Source of the DNA: Octopus sinensis
Taxonomy: Eukaryota
Reading direction: 5' to 3'
Assembly: GCF_006345805.1 (NCBI RefSeq)
Contig: NC_043008.1
Location: 1,364,001-1,428,000, forward strand
Length of the DNA stretch: 64,000 bases
Part shown: piece after piece, positions 53,701-64,000 of the stretch
How the letters are laid out: every line of letters begins with the position of its first letter
How positions within the stretch are numbered: position 1 is the first letter of the stretch
Notes under the pieces: generated by a model
What the model was told of the DNA's origin: nothing
The model's database searches: none
Seen by the model: only the letters and a program-made list of their open reading frames with translations
Position numbers and translations under genes: made by a program

Positions 53701-56634
53701 GTTTTGAAGCTAACCTTCTGTACAAAACCTCGATGCCAACAGCAACAACGCCTTAATCTCGACTCCCTCATTTTTTCTAACAATACAAACAAACATTCTG
53801 CCATATTTTCCTTCCATCGAAGTACGTTGTTAGCCCTATATACTTGAAATTGGAATCATATTTATGGCTGTATTCGCTTCCAGACACACCGCTAACTGTT
53901 TCATTTGCATATTTATCGATGTTTCTACATTTGTATTCTATGTATGTATGCAAATGTGCATGAGTATATGTGTGCGTGTGTATTAATATATGCATAAGTT
54001 GTGTTTCTGTAAGGATATGTGTATGTTGATTTACATTCAGTTCATTTTATTGTCAATGTGTTTAGTATCCATTATATCGATATGAAAGAAAGAATAACAC
54101 GAAATACCATTCAGACGCTATCAATTGTCAATTGTTTGAAATATATTTATTCGGAACGTAACCTGAACGGAAAATTCCTTATATACTTCTTACGCTTCAG
54201 TGAATGTTGAGACTTAGAAAATGCAATTATTCATGCGAATACATAAATTAATATAAACTTATATGTTTTAGCATGTGGATCCATATTTAATGTTCATAGA
54301 ATATTCATATTCCGAAAGATATTTAGTATTAATGCATGGCTCTCCATATAATATCAATATTGTATTTGCATGCACTAATATGGCGTTTATTTCCCTTCTT
54401 GGTTTAATATTAAGAAACTGCGAAAACTCTTTATAGTTCGTGTCAATTCCAAATAATCTTACATTTTGCAGAGTTTAGCCGAATGCAAGAAAGAAAGAGG
54501 TATTAATATTTTGTATATAAACATCTATAATGCCAAAAAGAAATTATATATCTCATTCAACTTGATATGACTTCCATTGACGTCTGGCAACTCAAAGTGT
54601 AAGTACGCCTTCTGAAAATGTTCAATGTGTGAAAATATCCGGGAGACGGAGCTGAAGCTTGAAAGATGAGTGTTATCTGGATAACAGTTATAATGATACA
54701 CACTCCCGCGTGACGTGTTGTATGTGGTAGACATTATAAATACTTACAGTCAGTCTGTAGAAAGTATGAAGTAGACGGTCTAAGTATACTGCTACAACGG
54801 AGTGGGCGTGATAACAGCGCGGCAGATGATTACATCAGGGAGGAAGGGGTATTAATAAACTCGTGAGGAATTAGGAAACTCACTAGGAGTTAAGAAACAC
54901 ACAAAAGGTTTTACGCGAATTTTACGGTATGACAAATCGCAACAATAGCAAAAGCTATAGTTGCTAGAACAACAACAATAATAATTGATGAATCATAAGT
55001 GGGCATAGCACAGCACGTACTTACTGACATGCAACTTAAGTATGTAGGGTTCCCTAAAAGACGCAGACTCAAGTACGTGTTTCTCTTGTCAGAATTTTAC
55101 GTATTCTATTGCAATTAAAATAAGGGCTGAACTCCTAATTTACCAAATTACATGCAGCTTCAGATTGACACACAGGAGTTTTGCCTCTCTACATCAGTTC
55201 TATGAGTCAAGACGAAGCATCGCACAGCGCAACTTACAAACCGCTTCGTGAACTACTGATCAGCTGGCAATCTAGAGATTTTAGTTCTTATTTCATATTG
55301 TTTCCGTGCCAATAGTAATCTTCTTGTACAAGTTAAACAGTCCATGTTTGTAATGCATGAGATATCAACACTTTCAACCACTCCTCTCACTATCTGTTGA
55401 AAGTAATAAATAAATAAATAATAAAATTAACGCCAATAAATAAATATAAGTGGAATGTAGGGCGTATGACAAAAACCTTATATGTATTTAAAACGCAGCT
55501 ACTTTAAAAAGTGAACGAAAATGAAAAAGTGGCAAACTAGTATATGAAGCCAGAATTTTTCTCTGCTATGGCCAAATATGCTTATGTGTATGTACGCGTA
55601 TACTACATACACGCTTATAAATATACATTCATCCATACGTACCAAGATTTACATTTGTGTATGAATTGATTTGTGTATACATGACTCGATTCGAACACTT
55701 ACCATCATTCTCGCATTCAAACTCCATTACTGCAATCTAATTGCACATTTAAAAAGTTTATATTTAAATGTATTATGCCTACACGAAATCTCACAATCTA
55801 TTCACTCAGCCATGAAAATTAATCTAACAGTCCTTAGCATGAATTTATTACAGTTATTTATAACTAAGTACCTTTCCGTCATTCATCAAAATACACTCGA
55901 TGATAAGAGTGAAGTCTTAGTTTGAATAAATTTGCAAGCTGCTTTCTCGCTTTGAATGCACACGACAATGATGAATAATTCAGAAGGAAGTAAGCGCAAA
56001 GCAACAATGATTTGTATGTCCAGTCTAGAGAGTCTGGTATTATTTCCAAGTAGGTTTCATAGTGCACTTTATTGTACTGAAATCAAATGCCAATCGCTTT
56101 AGAAGAAATTTCACATTAGCAGCTATCCAAAGCTAAACAATTTTGTAAGAGGAAAAAAAAATGGAAGATGGCATTTATTTAAAAGGATAAGTGTGGCTAT
56201 TTTAAAATAGAACAAAATACAGAAATACAGAATATTTCCCAAACGACAATGAGTATTTCACTTCCTCTGTTTGACTGGATGTTTAAGAAAGCGAAATGAT
56301 ACAATAACTCTTATTACTAATCCGTTATATTGCGAAAATATAAAAGTAACTTTTTTAACTGACTTGCATAAGTAAAAATAACAGTAGTAGTCTCCGCCAT
56401 TTATTGAAAATATGTAATATATTAAAAGAGATGAAAAAAAGAAGCATTTCTGCAGACATCGTTGAAGGAGTAAAGAAGCAACCTGAAATGGGGAAATATG
56501 AAAGATGAAAGGAAAAGAGAACTGCAAAATCGGATCGAATATGAAAGATACGGAAGAATAACTTTAAATTAAATGTAATTCTACAGAAAAATTATAATAT
56601 ATATTACCGCGCACTCACGGATACACATACGTAC

Positions 56635-56945
56635 ACATATACATGTATGGACATATATACATTCATTTACACAGACAAACACCCACACACGTACGCAGAA
56701 ATCAGATGCCGCAAAGTTTTCTGTCAATCTATCTACCTGTCTGTCTATCTATCTATTTATCTTTATGTCTCTCTATCTGTCTATCTATCTATCTGTCTGC
56801 CTATCTCACGTATTCACATATGTATACATACATATCTGGACATATATACGTGAATGGATTCCTTTACATAGACAAACACCCATACACATAGGCAAGAATC
56901 GGATGTTGGAAAGTTTTCACCAATTCATCAATCTATCTATCTACA
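56635..56945. repeat. Diverged tandem duplication
   Basis: GGACATATATAC...CTTTACA(C/T)AGACAAACACCCA...AATC(A/G)GATG...AAAGTTTT occurs at ~56649 and ~56838. Confidence 0.7.
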
Positions 56946-57425
56946 GTGGAAAAAGCTAGCAACTGTATTTGATAAAAAAAACAGATACGATGAGCGATGG
57001 CTTGAAGAATATTGAGCTTTATTTGATAACCAGTTGATCTAGCAAGCGGAACCTCCTATCAGTGACGGGGGCGATGCGCATTGATGCCGTCTAGATGTAG
57101 TCCCGGAAACGGCGCGCATTCTCTCCTGGTCACCCCATACGCTTGGTGGATTCCGCTATGTGGCGCTTTCGACTGGCAGCACTTGCATGTGCAAGTTGTT
57201 TGCAAAATATCTTGTTGATGAATTTCCACTTGAGAGTGAGTTATGTACAAATTGCTATCCGCTAAGATGTCCCTATAACGTACACTGTATATATATTATT
57301 ATTATTACGTGTATGACAGTTATGGCATAGTCTATTTGCCATTGTTGACTTGACGAAGACTTTACATCCGACGTATCTTAATGTTTCTTAATTTCCCTTT
57401 CATTCTCTGTTACGTTTCTCTCTGC

Positions 57426-57472
<47 letters not shown>

Positions 57473-58196
57473 TCCGTCTATGTCTTTCTGTCCCGCTGCT
57501 TATGTAGTCTTATCATCTGTGTATATATTTCTGAGAGTGTGTCTGTGTGAATGTTTCCTTCGAGTAGCAGAACATTGTGTCACCAAAAGGTTCGAATGCC
57601 TTGTTTGCGGTGTTACATATTCAGTCACCAATCGGCCACACTCACTCATACGATTTCGTACTATTGGTTCTATTCTGTATCTATTACAAACAACGTACAG
57701 AACGCTGTTGTTGTTGTTGGCGTTATATCTCCCATCACACCGAACGGAGAAAGCCTATAATAAAATGTCGTGATGTATTTCTTTTAAATTCACATAATAT
57801 TTGTCGTACTAACGCATTGAATGTATGCCTCTCTTTTCAATTGAATTTGCAGTCGATGTCAGTGCTTCATCTTATAACCAATCGGGTATGAACAACTCTG
57901 TCCGCCCGTAATTATTAAATTAGCATCCATATAATTCAAATCACGGTTTACACTCTTGAAATGGAAAACGAAATTTTAGATAATTGACGTGACGTCAAAG
58001 CGAAAGTGTGACTGTGTGTGTCTCTTGGTCTCTTAAGTCCAAACGATATATTAGAAAACTACCCAGCTTTAGTGCGCTTGAAAATCCAAAACTCTTACGG
58101 CATCGGACTTCCTATATATCAGCATACAGCTACTGAATACAACCTTAAAACACCCGAATGTGAAGAAAATATATCCTAACAATTCACAACATACAT

Positions 58197-58197
<1 letters not shown>

Positions 58198-58263
<66 letters not shown>
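58198..58263. repeat. (AT)n microsatellite
   Basis: Direct reading. Confidence 0.95.
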
Positions 58264-58267
<4 letters not shown>

Positions 58268-59944
58268 CACATATAATACGCATGTTTAATTAAATGAGAT
58301 TTATTGTTCTAAACCATTTTCCGATAAACTAATAAAAGTGTCTTTGCTTGTCTAAATTTTACAAACTCTTCTTCAATTGACTTCGCTTTTGTTTTTGGTT
58401 AGCAATTTGATGTAGATATCTTCTGTCGTCTCCCTTCTTTACTTGATTCATATTTTGTCCCTTTGGCCAAACACAATGTATGCCACTTCCCTGTCTCGTC
58501 GATATTTCACTCAGCTGCGTACATCGTTTGCGTATCTGTAGTCAATGCGACGAATTGTTCAAACTTTCTTTTGTTTGAAGAACAGAATACATAAACTCGA
58601 CGATATACTCACAGCAACTGAAAGTAGCGTACGAAATGTTTTTATGGATTCTCCTTTGAGTTAACTTTTACAATTCAAATCAAGACTAATTTCTCCGAAT
58701 TCCGGCTTTTATGTGCTAATTTTAAGAATCGTGTGTATGATGGTTCAAATTATTTTGACAATATGGTTTTCAAACATTCAACGTTTTGCTTGAAGTCAAC
58801 CTGATCTTCATATTTTTGCAAGAATCGGCCATATTAGTTCAAGGACATTTTGGTTCAATTCACTCTGATAATTTGTATTTCGATGAAATTTGATTCACGA
58901 TTCGAATTTCGAATCAATTACTAATATTATGTGTGCGATATTAATTAGCAGTTTAGAGATGCAATTGATGAAAATGATAACGTCTAATAGTTTAAAGTAT
59001 TAATCTGTATCTTTTACAGATTACACAACGAGGCATAGCCATATACACATGTACACATGTACAAACACACACGCAAACAACAATTAGAAACACCCCATAG
59101 TTATACAAATGCACACCAATGGCAATGCGTTATACACATTCTGACATGAAAATTGCAAAGCATAGATCCAGATTAAATCTTTCAACTAAAAATGCAATGG
59201 CAAAAATCCTGTTAGCCATGCGAAATATGTGCTAGAAGAGACCTCTTACAATGAAATATGGGCAGATGTCGAAACGAAAAATAAACAGAAACATAACATT
59301 AAATTACAGAGAAGAAAGATTCAAATATCCAAAGTTGAAACGGTTCATTAATTATCATAAATATTTAAAAGGTTACAAATATATTTAAAAAACATGTATG
59401 CCTGAAGAACTACGTATGCAAAATAGCGCAATAATCATTTTTAATTATAACTTATTTATATTCCATTCTGTACGAGAAGAAGTTCATTTTTTGGTGGTCT
59501 CGGTAGAATGTAGTCATTAACAGTGTAACAGCCAAATGTAGCCGATCATGTGAACGAGAGCGAAGAGAGACTGAGAGTGGAGTGGGAGAAAGCGAAAAAA
59601 CAACGGATAGAAAGCGTTGATTACATTCTTATCTCCAATCCCGAAACTCTGAAGATCAAATTTGATCTCGGAGTAGTGAGAGATGAAAACAAATACTCAT
59701 GTCCATTTATCCTACTTTCGAAGACCTCGAAGTACACTTTAAGCCAAACACATCAATATTTAAAAAAGTAACAGTCAAATATATAAAACATGTGAAAATG
59801 TAGATGTAGTAATGGTGACAGAGTACACTTACCATAAAAGAATTGACTGGAGTGGCGTAGTAAGCATTAATGTGGAGCACGACAATAAATGTAAGAAAAA
59901 GAAGTTTAGAAAATATTAGGAAATTAACAACATTTAATAAATAA

Positions 59945-60179
59945 ATGTTTGTTTGTTTTTGTTTGTTTTTCCAGTTTCAGCTCTTGAGCTGTGGCCATGC
60001 TGGGGCACCGCCATTGTGGTGAAAGAGTACAGCAGGGATCACCACCCCCTGCCGGAGCCTCGTAGAGCTTTTAGGTGTTTTCGCTCAATAAACACACACA
60101 ACGCCCGGTCTGAGAATCGAAACCGCGATCCTGCGACCGCGAGTCCGCTGCCCTAACCACTAGGCCATTGCGCCTCCAC
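59945..60179 (-). mobile_element. Well-preserved tRNA-derived SINE
   Basis: Head GGAGGCGCAATGGCCTAGTGGTTAGGGCAGCGGACTCGCGGTCGCAGGATCGCGGTTTCGATTCTC with A box (TGGCCTAGTGG) and B-box-like GGTTTCGATTCT; tail GGCGGTGCCCCAGCATGGCCACAGCTCAAGAGCTGAAAC followed by an A/C-rich repeat. Confidence 0.9.
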
Positions 60180-60754
60180 AATGTAAGTAGAATTTAAGGA
60201 AAGTCTGTTGGAAGGAAAACAGCAGGGATAACATGACCATATGTTATGCTAAGTATTCACACGAATATTATGTATATACATTAATGGATGAGAGGTTTAT
60301 AATGGTTTACTGTATATTGTTGTTGGTAATTAGTACTAAGCCAAACGTGAGTGCGATGACCTAAGACTGAGTCCATACCTGGTGTGAACCAGATAATTTG
60401 CTTACTTAAATTCGATCTACGAATAAATCTATAATGATTTCTATATGTTTAGTTTAAACTGAGATTTCTAGCAATAGCCGTGTACTCACTACTACGCAGA
60501 TACACACGTGCACACATACACACTTGCCTGCACACACACATACACGCCCCAGTGCTCATTCACACATACACACGCATGCTTACAGACATAACATAGGCGT
60601 CTGCTCGATTGAGGTGATTTGGAGTTTGAAATACGCAATAACGTATTTTAGGAAATGTTTTCAACTTTGTCCCACTAATATTCCACCCCATATTTAGTAA
60701 AAGGACTCAAAGTTAAAGCTACAGTCTCGAGTCATACAGACTCATAAATGATTT

Positions 60755-60930
60755 CCGGTTTCCCGGTTTCATGGCGTATGTATTTCCCACCTGGACAGGG
60801 CTACAATCCGTCGCAGGATTACTTTTATCAGCTGAGTGGACTGGAGCAACGTGAAGTGATTTTCTCAATAGCACAATGCATCACCCGGTCCACGAATCGA
60901 AACCACAATCGTACGATTGTGTGTCCAATA
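60755..60930 (-). mobile_element. SINE truncated at its tRNA head
   Basis: ATTTCCCACCTGGAC...CAGCTGAGTGGACTGGAGCAACGTGAA...GAATCGAAACCACAATC; homologous to 37075-37324. Confidence 0.8.
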
Positions 60931-61395
60931 CCTATTTCTTTACTACCCACAAGAGGCTAAACACAGAGAGGACAAAAAAGGACAGACAAACGGATTAAGT
61001 CGATTATATCGACCACAGTGCGTAACTGGTACTTATTTAATCGAACCCGAAAGGATGAAAGGCAAAGTCGACCTCGGCAGAATTTGAACTCAGAACGTAG
61101 CGGCAGACGAAATACCTATTTCTTTACTACCCGCAAGAGGCTAAACACAGAGAGGACAAACAAGGACAGACAAACGGATTAAGTCGATTATATCGACCAG
61201 AGTGCGTAACTGGTACTTATTTAATCGACCCCGAAAGGATGAAAGGCAAAGTCGACCTCGGCGGAATTTGAACTCAAAACGTTGCGGCAGACGGAATACT
61301 GAAAAGCATTGCCGCCCTGCATGCTAACGTTTCTGCCAGATCGCCGCAGACGAAATACCGCTAGGTATTTCGCCCGGCATGCTAACGATTCTGCA
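60931..61395 (-). mobile_element. Tandem 184-bp SINE-derived dimer plus duplicated head
   Basis: 60931-61114 and 61115-61298 are near-identical; 61299-61395 holds two partial head copies (..GCATGCTAACG(T/A)TTCTGC). Confidence 0.92.
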
Positions 61396-62349
61396 ATACC
61401 CTAATCACTAGGCCATACGCCAATAATTTTTGTGATAATCTACGTCAAAACTTAATACTTCAGACCACTACACAAGGGAATATAATACGAACTGTAAATT
61501 AGAATAGAGAGCTATGATTCGGAGCATAGACATAATAACACTATTTCAGTTTGTGAAATATCTAAGCATATACGAGACTATTGCTTTCATACATTGATAT
61601 TACGTCTTTGAGTGAAATGTTATTAGGGTGGCAAGAATTAAGAGTGAATTTATAACCAGAACGATTGGAAAGAAAGTACTGTTTCCTTGATGCATGCAGT
61701 AAAATGCTTCTCAATGTAATGTGAATGGAGAAGAAAAGCTACGCCAGATGCTAGCAAACGTATACTAAAATTAATTAAAGTTTTGAAATTGTGGGTACTT
61801 CGGGAGGTAGGGACACTTCATGCTGCATGAAAAGTATTGTTTGGGATTTATCTATATTTTTTCTTTAACTATACTGTTTTAATGGTATTTTATGATAATA
61901 AATTCATATTTCAAAGATCAGAGATATCAGCAGTTGATGTTGTTGTAGTGTCATATAGAATATCCTTGTATGAGTGCATACATAGAGGGGGGTCGTTCCG
62001 TCACATAACGAATGATAATTGCTTAGAAACACAACAACGTACATACAACGATGTAAGTTAAAGGTATAACATACATATAGAAACACAACAATCCATTCCC
62101 AAACACAGACACACACACACTCACACATACACATATACACACACGCACAGAACTAAAATGAGTGATTGGGAGGGAAAGAGTGAGAAACGACCATAAAACT
62201 TTATAGATCAGCACACAAGTATATGGAAGCAAACAATGGTGGGAACAAGACAAATGTGTGCCTAGATGTGTGTGTGTATGTTTGCACATATATCAAGGTG
62301 TATAGTGAAGGAACTACACACGCTCCCTCAAACCATACACGTCTCTATC

Positions 62350-62440
62350 AATGGGGTTAGAAATTTTCTTCCAAACACAATTTTTCAGGTTCAGTCCCAC
62401 TTCATGGCACCATGAGCCGAGGAATTCTAATAACGTCTCT
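62350..62440 (+). mobile_element. Decayed SINE head
   Basis: GGTTCAGTCCCACTTCATGGCACC, B-box-like; same family as 17820. Confidence 0.5.
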
Positions 62441-62519
62441 GGCAGCAAAACAATGGCAGTATATTTCATAGAGGGAAACTGAAAGTATCTATAGCATTTG
62501 AAAACTACATTCCTTCTTA

Positions 62520-62544
62520 TTCTCTCTTCTCTTTCTTCTTCTTC

Positions 62545-62576
<32 letters not shown>

Positions 62577-62759
62577 CTTCTTCTTCTTCTTCTTCTTCTT
62601 CTTCTTTCTTCTTCTTCTTCTTCTTATTATTATTATTATATTATTATTATATTATTATTATTTTATTATTATTATATTATTATTATTATTATTATATTAT
62701 TATATTATATTATTATTATATTATTATTATCATTATCATCATTATCATTATTATTATTA

Positions 62760-62814
<55 letters not shown>

Positions 62815-62834
62815 CATTATCATCATTATCATTA

Positions 62835-62869
<35 letters not shown>

Positions 62870-62892
62870 TATTATTATTATTATTATTATTC
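62520..62892. repeat. Compound (CTT)n(ATT)n(ATC)n tract
   Basis: ~370 bp trinucleotide low-complexity run; source of the poly-S/I ORF. Confidence 0.95.
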
Positions 62893-64000
62893 AGCTTCTT
62901 CTTCGGCTTCAGAAAGAGGAAGAGAATGTAAGGATGACGGTAATTATTAGAATACAGTTCTGTAATGCTATCGGGTGTGCTGTATATGTTTCCATACACA
63001 TCGGGTGTGCTGCTGTGTATGTTTCCAGAAACCTATGCTTAACGAATTGACGCAATATCAGCAAATGTGACATAGGTACATTCGAATTTGCCATTTTCCT
63101 GATTTGATAACATTTCAGGGAAATATGTATTCGGCACCTGTATTTTAACGTGATATTTGGTAGATTTGATTTTTGCAAATGAACATTCGTCAGCGATAAG
63201 AATGTAGGAATCTTGTAGTGAAACACGTCTAACCTTATCATATACTATTAAGCGACATTTACGAATGTCGAGCAGTGACTAAGTTAGTTAAATGTGGAAT
63301 GCGCAAAAGTTGTAGTTGAACAAAAACTTCAATATTCATCCTGGTAACCGACTAAGGTCCATTCTGATCTTAGGCCTTAATGCTATGAGATTTTAGGGAC
63401 ATAGTGAAGTTGTATGTGTATCGGACTTAGCGTGATATACCAGGGAATAATCAGATTGGGAAGGTAAGGTTTAAGAGACGCAAACGAGAGAGATAATACT
63501 AATTCAACAGGGAAGTAAAATGAGAGAGTTCATGTGAATATTTTGCCTGTTTTCAATGTGATGTGGGAGTGTTAGATGGCGCTATCATACTTCTACGCAC
63601 AATCAATATATTCTTATGCAGGTATGCACAAACATGCTATCAAAGATACGTACTCAAATCCGAAACATACTTTCACGTGTACACAAAGGAATGGAGGGAT
63701 AGCTATATAAAAGTATCGTTAAAATGCACAAGTTAGACACTATAAATCTAACAATAATGATTGGACGATTAGAATAGAAGCAGTACAAAAGCATAAAGCA
63801 AAAAACGTTAAAGGAAAGAATAGGAAAAAAGTAAAAGAGGAAAAAGAGAAGACCATACTCAAAGTATATTAAACGCTTTATAAGTTAATCTACTGTGTTA
63901 GCAGTGCGATTAAATCAAGCCATGGTTATCTCTAAAAATATTTTTATAGCAATTATAGCCAGCAGGGGATTGTTACAAGTTCGTGGAAAGTTAATGGGTT

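Noticed and set aside
60110-60179. tRNA gene call
   Set aside because: The tRNA-like head runs directly into a SINE body and tail, and I could not build a full acceptor stem.
62498-62950. 150-aa ORF
   Set aside because: Poly-S/I/Y translation of trinucleotide repeats.

Overview
AT-rich, microsatellite-dense animal genomic DNA. The SINE families and repeat landscape suggest a cephalopod such as Octopus; this is inference from recalled repeats, not a database match. No intact long ORF, rRNA, tRNA gene or CRISPR array is supportable, and most ORF-track entries are translated microsatellites. The window holds: (i) a ~4.9 kb, 5'-truncated, frameshifted L1/Tx1-clade LINE (30.6-35.5 kb) with (TATC)n on both sides, plus a diverged 3' fragment of a related element; (ii) an isolated C2H2 zinc finger + Myb-like segment typical of the N-terminus of R2 retrotransposons, with no rDNA around it; (iii) six decayed mariner copies, a hAT-like transposase C-terminus and a CR1-like RT remnant; (iv) many tRNA-derived SINEs, including a tandem SINE dimer; (v) five long palindromes with unrelated arms, two of which share an exact 16-bp core (GAAATAGCAGCCAAAA); (vi) two degenerate hammerhead-like motifs; (vii) a tentative phase-compatible chain of small minus-strand exons at 39.9-44.6 kb. 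All coordinates and translations were read by eye, and decayed-element boundaries are approximate.
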